Shown piece by piece: positions 37,857 to 51,271 of a stretch of DNA of 64,000 nt (within the stretch, counting starts at the first letter, position 1; each line of letters starts with the position of its first letter). Under the pieces are notes generated by a model. That model saw only the letters and a program-made list of their open reading frames with translations. It ran no database searches and was not told the origin of the DNA. The DNA lies in the NCBI RefSeq assembly GCF_037042905.1, contig NC_087251.1, positions 2,854,001 through 2,918,000 on the forward strand. Reading direction: 5' to 3'. Origin of the DNA: Lytechinus pictus. Lineage: Eukaryota. The position numbers and the translations under genes were made by a program.

Positions 37857-39058
37857 GGCTTATTATAATCACTCGGGTCGCGTTCGCGTTCGAAATCACT
37901 CGGGTCGCGTTCGAAATCACTCGGGTTTTGGATTTTTGGCGATTTTTTTTATTTCGATGCAATTTTTTTTCTAACGGTGTCTTCAATGGGACAAACACGC
38001 TGGGAAAATAAAATGAAATTGAAATTCTAGTTTCGTTTTAAGCCGGCAAGTGCCTTAGATAAAATGCACTCGCCTACTGCTTAACATAACAAAGAAACAA
38101 ATCAGCCATGTGGCTCAACTATCCTAGAATACATCCAGACTTCTACTGTTTTTATACGAGGACTCCGAGTCGGAACTTGCCATATCTGCCACATCGATAT
38201 GACATCGTCATTCCCATGTGCGGACATGCATGCCTGCATGCAATGGCCCCAAGGCGGGACCCGGCCACGGTCGGACACGGCGTGCATCGGTAGCATGGAG
38301 CAAGGTAACGTGAGTCGAGCCGAGTTAGATCCCACGTTACAGTGCCAGTCAGTCCGCAGCTCGTCCGAAAGTATTTTATTCAGCGGTATGCATAGCCAGC
38401 CATCCGTGGTTTAATGCATATATACGTAATTAGACCAAAAGCTTCGGTCTCTGTAATGTTCGTTGTTCCGCTGAACTCCGTTAGCTCCACTCACCAATAC
38501 AGAGACCGAAGTTCTAGCTCGATCTGTACAGGGACTCAATGGCCATATGTTTATGCATTAAGTTCCAATAAAACGGGGAAGTGAAGTTGCGCGACAGCCG
38601 AAGCAATTAGTTTCTGTTTTTTCCCCTTTTAAGTTTATTTTCCCTTTTTTGTGCATTTTAGGACAAAACGGAATAATAAAATTTATTTGATACAGTTCTT
38701 TTCGTCTGGGGGATTTTGCATTGTTAACCCCGTAATGATGGTTGCACCATAGCGAGCCGTCTGTGTACGAGGAGAAATAAAAATGTTTAAAAACTCGAAA
38801 CAGACGGCTGCCAGCTGTCTAATACGTAATGAGCTTTGAGGACGATCTTTCCGATAGGCGTTTTAAAATTCTGCTCTTAATTATTGTCCATTTCTCATAA
38901 AATTTGTCTTATTTTATAGATAAAATGGCCATATCATGTTTTAAGTAACTGGAGACCTAAAAAATTCCCTTATTCTCGAAACATTGCATCAGGTGATGTG
39001 CTTAATTGATCTTTTTTGTGCTCGCGTGCCAAACGTATACGTTGAGCTGAACGGGGAT

Positions 39059-39097
<39 letters not shown>

Positions 39098-40263
39098 CTA
39101 CCTTTCCGAAATTAAAACGGTCCCTCGATCGGACATAGTTATTTAGACGCAGGACAAATAATGCTCTGACAACCAAACTAACTTTTCGTCAGCATCAGTA
39201 AAAATGTGAATGGGCTTTTAAAAACTAATACTAAAACTGATCTAAAATTGATCTTAGATCGATTTTAAAATTGATTTTGGAAATCGATTTTAGATTAATT
39301 TTAAAATCGTAATTGTATGTCCTGTTCTAATTAACCGATTTTAAATTTTTTTACCACAATCGGCGCGATCACCTGCCAATCTTCGATCATGCCCCTTGAA
39401 GGAAAAATCGGATATAAAATATCGGCGTAGTTCTAGTTACAGTGCGTGATCGTTCAGAACATATTTCAAGATTTTTTTGAGGTGCTAGCTATTTAGAGGT
39501 CGCATTAATCAGGGAGAAAGACGCGGTATTATCTCTGACGATGTTTACGAGGATAGATATCTTCTCTTCAACCTCGTGGTGATAGCGGACGCCGCCGTGA
39601 ACTTTTAAAGGTCGTATTACCGACGGACATCACTGCACTGCTCTCTTACCTCCTTTATGATGATAGACACTTCTCTTCAACCTCGTGGTGATAGCGGACC
39701 CCGCTACTTTTATATTTCTTCTTGGTTATCAAAATTAAGTTAATTTCTGACGATAGTAATAAATTGATTTGAAAACACTAGCTCCCCAAAGCATTTTAAT
39801 AACATGTTCCGAATCATCGCGCTGATGCACCGATGCACGCCGTGTCCGACCGTGGCCGGGTCCCGCCTTGGGGCCATTGCATGCAGGCATGCATGTCCGC
39901 ACATGGGAATGACGATGTCATATCGATGTGGCAGATATGGCAAGTTCCGACTCGGAGTCCTCGTATAAAAACAGTAGAAGTCTGGATGTATTCTAGGATA
40001 GATGAGCCACATTGCTGATTTGCTTGTTTGTTATGTTAAGCAGTAGGCGAGTGCATTTTATTTAAGGCACTTGCCGGCTTAAAACGAAACTAGAATTTCA
40101 ATTTCATTTTATTTTCCCAGTGTGTTTGTCCTATTGAAGACACCGTTAGAAAAAAAATTGCATCGAAATAAAAAAAATTGCCAAAAATCCAAAACCCGAG
40201 TGATTTCGAACGCGACCCGAGTGATTTCGAACGCGAACGCGACCCGAGTGATTATAATAAGCC
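37857..40263. mobile_element. Non-autonomous DNA transposon with 435-bp TIRs and 8-bp TSD (Merlin-like)
   Basis: TIRs at 37857-38291 and 39829-40263 are nearly identical, with GG...CC termini. ACTGTAAA is duplicated at 37849-37856 and 40264-40271. Each TIR holds tandem ATCACTCGGGTCGCGTTCGAA repeats. Confidence 0.85.
38431..38821. mobile_element. MITE with TAGAC...GTCTA termini and 9-bp TSD (AcademH-like), nested
   Basis: ATACGTAAT on both sides (38422-38430, 38822-38830). Subterminal inverted repeat CTTCGGTCTCTGT/ACAGAGACCGAAG. Confidence 0.75.
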
Positions 40264-41008
40264 ACTGTAAAAGACAAATATTCTACCGGCCGTTCCACAG
40301 AGAGCAAGACCTCTGAAAAACTGTTGTAAGACCATGAAACTTGCATGACCTTTCAAATGTCTTTCAACGATCTTTCAAAGGTCTTTCAATGAACTTTCAA
40401 AGATCTCTCAGGTCTTTCACGATTCCTGATGGATCTTTCAGTGGTCTTTGTGGTCTCCATGAAAAACTTTTCGAAACGGTTCAAGACAGTCTTTCAGAGG
40501 TGTTACAGGAAAATGTTGTGATGGTCTTTCAGTGGTCTCTCGATTAACTGTCAAAGTTTTTATTAGTCTGTCCATGATCTTTCGACAGTCTCTCAAGTTT
40601 TTTGCGGAGATCACTGTAAGACTTGTGAGAAATTGTTGAAAGATCCTGGGAAAGATCATCGAAAGATCATTGAAAGACCAGCAAAGTCCAAGGTAAGAAT
40701 TCTGAAAGATCACTTGTCAGTTGCATAAAAAGTCTCTGAAAGACCATTGAAAGATCTCTATGGGACAAGACAAGATGTGCCAATCACCTTTTTTGAATTC
40801 CACAGAGATTACAAATTTCAGTGATCTTGGAGACTGCTGTAAGACCTTGCAAATTTTTGGTTATCTACAATATTTTAATTTCTCTTTCTTTTCTACAGAT
40901 TTAACTTCAGGCATTTAGATCAAGAGCCAGAAAAGAACAACTTTTTGGGAGCTGCTATGCGGCAGCTAGCTCCCCCGATCCCCCATGCATTTATACGGAC
41001 CCAATTAG

Positions 41009-42674
41009 CAGGCGCGTAGCCAGGGGGGGCGGTGGGGGCGGTCGCCCCCCCAAAAAAAAAACGTCCCCAAAAAGAAAAAAAGGAAGGGAAAAAAGAGAGG
41101 AGGAAAGGAAAAGGGAAGGGAGGAAAGGGAAGAAAGGTAGCTTTGTGTTTTTTTTCTTCTTTTTATTCTTTATTTTTTTTCTCAAAAGAGAAACTCCTTC
41201 ACCCTTGCTCTAAATTTATATATGAATTTTGCTTCCGCGCTGCGCGCGGTTTAATGACAATACTGAAGTACTCCATTGTTTCCCAACCCTGTTTTTCCAC
41301 CTCAGCTATATGTGTTTCTTGCCAGTTAAAGTTCAAATGTATACATTAGGGCATGGAATTAGAGTAAGGTTAGGCCGAAGTATATGAAGTCGGTTCGGCT
41401 CCGGGCGGGTAAAATCTTTATATCAATTTCTGCCGTCACCTCCATTAAGTCAACTTCTCCCGCTTTTCAGCTCATTTCTAAACATCCATAATTTGGGGGC
41501 AAACAGGTTCCTAATTTTAAAAGAGGAAGGTATAAAATTCGTGTCGTATTAAATAAAAAAGTACAATATTTTTTATCAAATTCTATTAAACTTCATGTCA
41601 TTTCCCTGCACATTCATCTCCTGTCCTGTTTTGCGCCCTCAGTTTGAAATTTTGAATGACACTTAAATTTCTTTATAATTCAAAATGAAGCGCTTCAGGA
41701 TAAGTCAAAGAAATTAGGCATCCTTTTTTATGTAATTTCAATAAATCACAGAAGTTTCAACTTTTTGCGCACTATTTTCCTTGTAATGAAGTTCAATAAT
41801 CTTAGAAAATCAATTGAATTAGAGCCGATGGGGTATTATAGATATCTGCATATGATGAAACGTCCGCTCTTTGAAATTTCAGAGTTTCATTGCTCTGCGC
41901 GGGGAGGAATATCTTCCTCCCGGCATATACACTTCTTTTCCTCTGTTTTGCGACTTAAAGATATGCACTGTCGCTAAATTGTTTGTAATCAAATCTGATC
42001 TTTCCAAGGGAAGTATTCAATACATCATTGAGAATACATCATTGGGCATTTAAGAAATGCCCAATCCGAATCCTCATTTAGTCTTTTATTTTGGCGTTAT
42101 AATAATCTTAATTTATAAACTGGCCCTTATGTGTTGTTCTTTTCTTTACAGTTTGTTCGTTTCAACTTACATTGTACACTATTTTACTCATGTTTGTTAT
42201 ATGTTTGTATTTTTGTTGTAGGGCCTCCAAGGACAACAGTATACCAATTACTGATGGAGCCACCCTACTAAAAAAAGACTTATAAATAAATAAATAAATA
42301 AAATAAATAAATACCCTTTTCTCGGGACCCTTTTCATGGCGGGGTTCTTATTATATTAATTTTCTCCATTGTATTCCTTTTTTGTGCGTTCACAATCACT
42401 TTTGAAAACAAGGTTCATGAAAACAAGGTTCAAAATCACAATATAGTCAACTGTATTGGAGCTGATATAGGTACTAGAGACAAGAGAGACGGCTCCTTTT
42501 CATTTTAATTGATAAAACACCAAAAGCTTCGCGCTTCGCAAGGGAGGGGGAAACTCCCCCTCCCTGCACCCACCCCCTAGGGAGCGCGCTTCGCGCGCTC
42601 TGTAAGTGTTGGCACGCTTCGCGTGCATTTACCGCCCCTAGGCCCTCCAAAATGAGATCCTGGCTACGCGGTTG
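41009..42674. mobile_element. hAT-like non-autonomous element, 8-bp TSD CCAATTAG
   Basis: CAGGCGCGTAGCCAGG...CCTGGCTACGCGGTTG flanked by CCAATTAG (41001-41008, 42675-42682). Contains a LINE-like 3' tail near 42220-42312. Confidence 0.85.
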
Positions 42675-42779
42675 CCAATTAGCGCGTTCCAGCATGCAGG
42701 GGTGCCGCTTTTTTGCAATGACCTTTTCCGACATTTTCCTATTTATGATTTGCTTTCTTGCCGATACCATAATTTGTCG

Positions 42780-43336
42780 AAGAAGTTTAATTTGAGCGAG
42801 TAAACAGTGGAGCCGCCCCAAAGCTGCATGCAGCGTATACCAAGCAAGCCTCGTACGACCAAACGCCCAGCGGCCAGCGCCATGCCACGTCCGCGGCCCA
42901 CACTACTTACTATACTAGCAACACAGTTGGCCGGTCTTCGCGGATCGCGATCAGTAAAACCGGTTAACTTTGATGGGTGCTGACAAAGACTACCGAGCTG
43001 TCTACGTCTGTGGATGAATCTATCGTCAAATGCAACAAAACAAGTCATAACAGTGGGGATACATACAGGGACGATACCGGTACACAGAGAAAGAGAGAGA
43101 GTCTGACACCCTTTTTGTTCGGAAAAAAGGATTTGTGTGTGTTGCCTTAGCTTGGTCAGCGTATTTATTCTAAAAACTTTGTCTTGGATAATCTACCGGA
43201 GTACCGACATCATCTGTCATTTCAATGTCATCATGTCGGTTCAACTCACCTGGTTTCTCACTAACCACGCTCCGCAAGGTGTCTGACTCAGCTTCAGGCT
43301 TTCATCTCATCAAATACGATAAAGGCAAGGCACTCG
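42780..43336 (+). promoter_or_regulatory. CpG-rich promoter / probable first exon of the third gene
   Basis: CpG-rich non-repetitive stretch ending in a G|GTAGGT donor-like site at 43336/43337. Confidence 0.4.
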
Positions 43337-43748
43337 GTAGGTCAGCTAACTTAGCAATAGCATGATTATTATTTATTGATGTAGATCTAGTTTGAACTTG
43401 AACATGTTGAACTTGATAAGTTAAGGGTTACTTTAAAGTTTAAAAAAATGAAGGGTTGATTGATTAGACTTTATAATTATAGTGATTGGGTTTGAAAGAT
43501 TATTAAAAGACAGGAATGCATCCCATATCCATTAGAAATTAAAATAGGTCTAACTTTCTTTTCTGGGGATTTGTCTTGTCTTGGACTTGGGTTAAGTTAG
43601 CATTAGACAAATTATTTAGACTGAATAATCCGCTGTTAATAGTAGGATTTTTTTTCAGTCAGGACTACACTACAACTACAAGTCTACAGAGTCAGAAGAC
43701 TCCATTATGGTGGCAGTTTGCGCGAGGCTTAACTACACTACTTACATG

Positions 43749-44201
43749 TAGACAGCTGGCAGCCGTCTGTTTCCAGGAGTTTTTTTAACATTTAAAATAT
43801 TTTTAAAAATCCTCGTACACAGATGGCTCGCGATTGTGCAGCCGCCATTAGAGGGTTAACAATGCAAAATCCCCCTGACGGTGCTCATCGATCGTATTTT
43901 GTCTTTATTTCATGAAAATATATAAAAAGAACTGGTCCAAAATATTAAATAAAGCTTATTCCGTTTTGGCCTGAATTGGCTGAAATGCACCAAAACGGGA
44001 AAAAATAAACTTAAAAGGAAAAAACAGTGACTTCAGCTGTCGTGCAACTCCCACTTCCTAGGTTTATCCAAACTTTGTACATAAACATATGGCCATTGAT
44101 TCCTTGTACAGATCGAGTTAAGAACTTCGGTCTCTGTAATTGGTGAGTGGAGACAACGGAGTTCAGCGGAACAACCAATATAACAGAGACCGAAGCTTTT
44201 G
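43749..44201. mobile_element. Second, diverged and inverted copy of the TAGAC-terminated MITE
   Basis: Reverse complement of 38431-38821 (TAGACAGCTGGCAGCCGTCTGT...ACAGAGACCGAAGCTTTTG). One end is truncated. Confidence 0.8.
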
Positions 44202-44310
44202 ATGCGAGAGCAAAATGCGAGTAAAAAATGTGTGATATTCCAACCTGATAACTGGACATTCTAAGTATTTTTGTAACCATGAACAGGATGAGCACCTTAC
44301 CAAACACTAC

Positions 44311-44703
44311 TTTCATACTGACAGCCGAAGTGGAGTTACTCCGGAGACCCGAAGGAGTTACTCCATTTTGGAGGGCAGTATGAAAATTCAAGGATTATTT
44401 CGATTTTCGATCCAGATTCAAAGCAGAGTACTCAACCCACTTCAAGAAGAGGGTTACAAACAGAGTAAGTCCACACCGGAAGTGCGGTATCGCCTGTCTC
44501 GCGCGTAACTTCATTCATTTCTGCATGGGGGAGTTTTTGCGTGCCACACATACATGTATGGCGCGAACTCGCTTGGAAACCATGGAAATGACTGCGGATA
44601 CACAGCTGCGGAGCTTGCCAGTGTAATGTCGGTCCGCAGTACAAGCGTATCAACTCAATCCAGAGTTACTCTGGAGTAACTCCACTTTGCCTTCAGTATG
44701 AAA
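44311..44703. mobile_element. MITE (PIF/Harbinger-like TIR TTTCATACTG...GTGGAGTTACTCC)
   Basis: Imperfect ~35-bp inverted repeats at both ends. TSD not resolved. Confidence 0.6.
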
Positions 44704-45258
44704 ACATCTTTATTGATGCGAGCATGAAGCATGAGCCAAAAAATTTGTAATTTTCTAACCCAGAATGTATTAAGTTTTATTTCAAACAGGATATTTTATT
44801 TTGAAAAAGGGCACATTTCATTTTGAAAAAAGGGCATTATCCATTTTGAATTTTTTTTTTCTCTCCTATGGGGATTTTTTTTTTGGCAAATCCCCCTGCC
44901 CCCCCCCCCCCCTGTTCTGCCGCTCCTTAAGGAAAGGGTCTAAAGTTAGGGTTGGTTGGTGATGGAGCTCTTCAATCTGTGTAGATTATCTGTGCCATGT
45001 AGATTCCAAATTCCAGATTTTCATAGATGTGGATAGATGTGATTATTCCTGTTTCAATGTCCTCTTCATTAGAGTTGTCTGACTTGTTCAGTAGCGAAGT
45101 GCAATAATCATGATTTAATGATCCACAATCATTTTGCATGTTTGTACTTCATTGTATGCAAACTTAGTTGAATAAAGAAGACAGTTTTGTGAATTTATAT
45201 GATTTTAAGATTCAAGAACTGATGCTCATAAATGAAATACAATCTCAATTTTCTCCAT

Positions 45259-45434
45259 CCTGGTAGGTGTTTCACAAAGCTATTCATAAGTTACAAGTGA
45301 ATTTACGAGCAACTGGTGATCCTTTCTTAAGAAAATGAAAATTTGGTGTGTATCGTTTACCACAAGAAAGGAACACCAGTCGTTTTTGAAGTTGCTCATA
45401 ACTTATGAACAGCTTTTATGTAACACCCACCAGG
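45259..45434. mobile_element. Short palindromic MITE
   Basis: CCTGGTAGGTGTTTCACAAAGCT... mirrored by ...AGCTTTTATGTAACACCCACCAGG. Confidence 0.6.
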
Positions 45435-47415
45435 TACACTCTTGCAGCGCATTTGATGTCCTATGTTTTACTTGATGATGTACAAATGTATGTCATCTTT
45501 ACATAGGCCTACAATGTATATGGTTACTTAAGGCCTATGCAAAACCAATAAAGGATATCACTCAATCATATTGTAATAATTCATATTAATTTTCAGGAAA
45601 TGGAGACCACTCTAATGAGTATGAACATAAAGAGCATTGTGTATCTTGTAATAATATGGTATCGATATATTTTTGTTAGTTTTGGTTTCAGAATACAGTA
45701 TGTCATCATGTGGGAGTATAACACTTATATTTCCTTGGCAGTCTTTTTATGTTACATTCAGCCTTGTGTTAAGTAGCTTTTACTCTACTGGTATCCTTCA
45801 TGTACATCAATGACACTTTCTCTTTTTCTGTCATACTCATTTCTTCTTTGTGTTCTTTATCCCTATATGTATATCTCCCTGGTTCTTAATTATTTGTCAC
45901 TGAGAGCCAGAAAATTGGGGGAAAAAAGAACTTGAGCCACTGACTGTACAAACAAAAATCAGTAGATTTTAATTACTCAAATGATTAGTGAGCATGCATA
46001 TTATCAGCCAAAAGTTTTGAGAGATAGAACATGGCGCATTGGGCAAAATTCCTCTAAAGTTTTGACCTTTTTAAATGAAAATATCATTTTGTAATAGATT
46101 TTGACATGATTTTCAGAAATTGATGACACATTTCACCATTTTTGTCTTCCTTTCCTTTTCTCTGTTTCCTCCTTTTTTCTTAATAATAATGATAAAAATG
46201 ACAATATTTGAAATTTATATAGCGCATAATAGTCAAAAGACTATGCACTTTACAGAATATATTAAGAATAGATGTAAATATGGAGGATGGTGCAGTTCTA
46301 AAACTGTAGAGAATTTCAGAGCACAGGGGCAGATAGGGAGAGGGCTCTTTGACCATATATATTTGTATTTGGGGAGGATCTTTTGAATGGTCCTATAAGC
46401 CCACAATCTACATGCCTGTGCAAATGATAAAACAGACAGTTGAGATTTTTTTATAGACAAGAACATTATCATGATGGTTCTATGGGAGTTTAACCAAAGT
46501 CAGAAAGAACTAATTCTAGTTTCTTGAAGATTCATTGGAGATAATCGGGTCAAACTGAAGAAGTTAAGCATCATGAAGGACTATAATTCAGTGTGATACA
46601 GGTTCTCAGAAGTATCAGTTAAAGTTCAGACATTACTTAAATGTGATTACTTATCCACTTGTGACTGTATCTTTGTGAAAAGGTTGCATTTACACAACCA
46701 GATCTATCATAATTTTGTTTGTAATCACTCTGGTTTATGTGAGAATTAATTCAAAATGATTTTCAGTATGTTTCAACTAAAAAAATAGGGTGAATTATCC
46801 TATCCAGGTTTGAATCCAAGACCTTGCATTGTATTTCTATAATGCCAAGTTTGTTCTACTGTATGACTTATAACAAATTAGATTTGATTTTGTGTCTTGA
46901 GCTTGATTGCAGAAGAGTATTGTGTGTGTGTGTGTCTATGATTGAGATTCTTGGTTGTGTTCAAGGGCACTTTTAGTCAAGAGGAAGTGATAGTCTTAAG
47001 TTAAAGGGAAGTCCTCCCTGGCTACAGAATGCTTTTAAAATTCTGAACATCAATTAGAGAATGTAATAATAATAATTCAGTTTAGAAAATATTGAAAATA
47101 TCTTATCTACAGTACATGTATTTATAAGCATATCAATGAGGAAGACATAAAAAATAATGAAAAATATTGAAGAAAACACCAGTTTGAGAAATGGAACATT
47201 TTAATAAAGGAGATCGAACTCCATACTTGGCCTATAAATGCTATACAGAGATATGGGATACAAAATATCAAAAATGTTGCTGGTACTGTGTGAATTTCTA
47301 ATAGGAATTGAAGTATGAACTGTTATCATCAACAGTTGTTTGATCATTCTGGCAATTTGGGAGGGGGGGGGGGAGAGTTGATGGGGGAGTAATCCCTACA
47401 TATATATGTATACAT

Positions 47416-49051
47416 GGCTGCGTTTATGCGACCTCAAGCCAGAATCATGATTTGAATCATGATTTGAATCATGATTCAAAACACAAACATGAATCACAAT
47501 ATCACAGAATCAGCGTTTAGACGACCTTCATTCCAATGCTGTTTCTCCTCAGATTCGGGCCAATCCAGTGCGCATCACTAGTGCGCAGTTTGACAGAGGA
47601 AGTTTTTCGCACGTGTTTCGGCTCTCGAAAATTCTTTTGCTTCCATCAGAATTCAGTCTATACCTCATTTTGTTTACTTCTATCATAAAGGGTCCATATG
47701 CTTCTATTCATCTTGTTAGTTTATCCAAAATGGTGTTCGGAAGTGAATTTCAGCGTAGATCCAATTTGATATTGATACTGTATACTCAACAACAACTGAG
47801 ATCATTGTCTGTCCAGTTAATTCATTTACTAGAACTTGAAGTTGAAGACATGACCAAAAAATGAAAAGTAGTGGACGATGCGATGACCAACACAGAACTT
47901 GAACATGACAAGAAATGAATTCATAGTACATAGTCATGTACATACAATGAGCATATAGAGCGCCTTGAGCTTGGCAAGAGTCAAACCGAAAGTAGCCCGA
48001 CACAACAGTGAGGTCATATAATCATGATTGTAATCACGATATCGTTTATTCGAACATTTTCGTACCTGATTCTGCAGAAACGTCTTTCCAAACGCCCCTT
48101 TTTTCGTGTTTCATGTTTGTGATTCTAATCATGATTATATTCAATTTCGACTAAACGCAATCGTGATTCTGCAGAATCATGATTTGAATCAAGATTCAAA
48201 TCATGATTCTAGGGTAAAAAAGTGGCGGATAAACGCACCCTTAGGCTGCGTTTATGCGACCTCAAGCCAGAATCATGATTTGAATCATGATTTGAATCAT
48301 GATTCAAAACACAAACATGAATCACGATATCACAGAATCAGCGTTTAGACGACCTTCATTCCAAAGCTGTTTCTCCTCAGATTCGGGCCAATCCAGTGCG
48401 CATCACTAGTGCGCAGTTTGACAGAGGAAGTTTTTCGCACGTGTTTCGGCTCTCGAAAAATATTTTGCTTCCAGAATTCAACCTAAGTTTACTTCTATCA
48501 TATAGGGTCCATATGCTTCTATTCATCTTGTTAGTTAATCCAAAATGGTGTTCGGAAGTGAATTTCAGCGTAGATCCAATTTAATATTGACACTCTATAC
48601 TCAACAACAACTGAGATCATTGTCTGTCCAGTTAATTCATTTACTAGAACTTGAAGTTGAAGACATGACCAAAAAATGAAAAGTAGTGGACGATGCGAAG
48701 ACCAACACAGAATTTGAACATGACAAGAAATGCATGCAGAGTAATCATGTACATACAATGAGCATATAGAGAGCCTTGAGCTTGGCAAGAGTCAAACCGA
48801 AAGCCGTAGCCCGACACAGTGAGGTCATATAATCATGATTCAAATCACGATATCGTTTATTCGAACATTTTCGTACGTGATTCTGCAGAAACGTCTTTCC
48901 AAACGCCCCTTTTTTCGTGTTTCATGTTTGTGATTCTAATCATGATTATATTCAATTTCGACTAAACGCAATCGTGATTCTGCAGAATCATGATTTGAAT
49001 CATGATTCGAATCATGATTATAGGGTAAAAAAGTGGCGGATAAACGCACCC
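47416..49051. mobile_element. Head-to-tail dimer of an ~820-bp PIF/Harbinger-like MITE
   Basis: Copies at 47416-48240 and 48244-49051 with ends GGCTGCGTTTATGCG / CGGATAAACGCACCC. Layout CAT-[A]-TTA-[B]-CAT. Confidence 0.9.
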
Positions 49052-49788
49052 CATGTATGTCAGCTTACACTGTAACATGGTAATTACTGTGCACACCTGT
49101 TAGTTTAGTTGGGGCTTCGTCCATGTGATGAAAAACACTACACTACTTTGATCTTCAGTTGAAAGTTAATTTGAGCAGCATCATCAATTTTGACATGGTG
49201 GATATTGCATCCATGCTCTGCAGGCTGAGAATGAGGTTTTTGATCACCAAGAACTTAGAAATATATATTTAAATGTCTTTCATTATTTGAAGTAAGTATC
49301 AAATAAAAAATGAGTAGGCTTGACCAGAAAACCCAAGGGAAAGCTTGAGAGGTAATAGTATGGTTATACATGTAGATGCTCATCATACTATCAGGATGAT
49401 GAAGATCTTGAAAAGAGGAATAAGAAGAGGAAAAGACAAGGAATTATAGAGTGGAAAAGAAGTAAAGGAAGAAGATATCGATTTCAACTGGGAATAAGGA
49501 AGGGAGAAATAATAATCATTTAAATTTTTAATCACTCTGTCATACATGCAATATTCTTCGATGTATTTTCTCCAAACCTAATGTTTTTCCTTGTATTATT
49601 GCATTATCAAAAGTTTCAAAACCTAGTGTCCGCCATGGTGAGGTATCCCTTTAAATCATTGTGTTGACATACACTACATACTGCCTTTCTTTGTATGAGA
49701 AAATTTGAGTCTATTTGCTCTTGACATTATAATGCATCATGTGACTGAATCATACATGTTTCTTGTCTGCACAGCTAGGGTAACTAGT

Positions 49789-50347
49789 ATGCTTTTCACA
49801 CTGTACTTTTTTTCCCTAACCCCGGGAAATTGGTGGGGCTAAGGTGGGGCCTTAGCCCCACCAATTTTTTTAGCCCCACCAATTTCCCGGGGTTAAGCTT
49901 AGCCCACTTTGTTTTCACACTATGTTTTAGCAAAGTGGGCTAGCACAGTAAATAGTACGGTACTATCTGGCCCTGCAAAAAAGCAGGGTTAGCCGGCTTA
50001 TTGTGGTGCTAGCACCATAATTGCGGTGCTAAGAGATGCAGTGTGAAACGAAACTGGGCTAAGGAAAAGTGGGGCTAAGCAATAGCCAATCACAGAAGTT
50101 GAAATTGCACGTTAATCACGCTCTGTATGGTAAAATCATCAATATTCATGAGCTGTGGGATAGTCCGGGGTTAAGGCGTTCACCCCGGCTAAGCTAAGCA
50201 GATAGTATGGGGTTAAGAAAGACAGTGTGATTCCAAAAAAAGATAGTATGGGGTTAAGGATAGTCTGGGGTCAAGGATAGTATGGGGTTAAGGATAGTCC
50301 GGGGTAAAGGATAGTATGGGGTTAAGGAAATGCAATGTGAAAAGCAT
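49789..50347. mobile_element. MITE (ATGCTTTTCACA TIR) with internal GGGGTTAAGGATAGT tandem repeats
   Basis: TIR ATGCTTTTCACACTG / CAATGTGAAAAGCAT, with 17-bp repeats at about 50158-50327. Confidence 0.7.
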
Positions 50348-51271
50348 AATCTGATGCATAGCATGGTACAAACAATGGGGAAAATTGTGTCAAATTCCTT
50401 ATTTTCATATACCCTATATATAAATTATTACCATTTTACATACCAACAGCTATGCCATTTTGGAAGCCATCTTTAGATATTTGGATATAAAAGACATGAC
50501 TATGACTAGTCGACTACTACATGTAGGATCCTTGTTACTTGTCCCGCAGTATTATTTTCCCTTAGTTAAAAATCATTCAACATAAACCAATTCAAAATAT
50601 CTAATATCTAAAGTAGGTTATAAGTGATGTGCGAAAGTTTTTCTTTTTAGATTATGGCAGTCATTTTGGATGCCACCTTGGATTTTCAGGTATCCTTGCA
50701 TACTCTTGTTTACTCTAATCTGTCTCAGCAGATTTTTGACCCTCTAAACCATGGGAGGCACTGAAATTGAATCTCAAGGGTGGATTGTAAATGAATTTTG
50801 GCCTTGTTGGATGCCATCTTGAAAATCACCACTTTCCCAGCCACAGATTTCTTAGATTTTAAAGAGTGTCTGGGTCCTTGTGTTGGAGGGGGCATGTTGT
50901 TGGAGTCTACTGGCAACAGTGGCAAGTTAAAGAAATTCAGGAAGATTGCAATGTCTTATTGCTGAGAATATTCAAATCATATACCTCACCTTTTTTGTCA
51001 GAAATGGGGAATTTGATATTTGCAACATGACCAAATGTTCAAATCAATTACATATCAGCCTATTTTAGGCCTATAATGTAATTGTTTGAACATTTGATCA
51101 CATTGCAAATTTTATACTTTTTATATTGTATACCATCTATGAGTCTGTTACCTATGGGTGTTATGTAGCTTGTTGACAGATGTGTTTTTAATACTTTCTT
51201 TGTTTTATTTTTCTTGTAGGGATTTGATACCATTTGGATGACTTAACAAGGAGTTTCAGTTGGGAGTTCCA

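Noticed and set aside
38102..40018. Duplicated ORFs (MWLNYPRIHPDF... / MWLIYPRIHPDF...) on opposite strands
   Set aside because: They are mirror images produced by the 435-bp TIRs and have no recognisable domain.
35803..40263. Possible Fanzor/TnpB or other RNA-guided cargo associated with the transposons
   Set aside because: No ORF with RuvC-like or zinc-finger motifs is visible in or near the elements.
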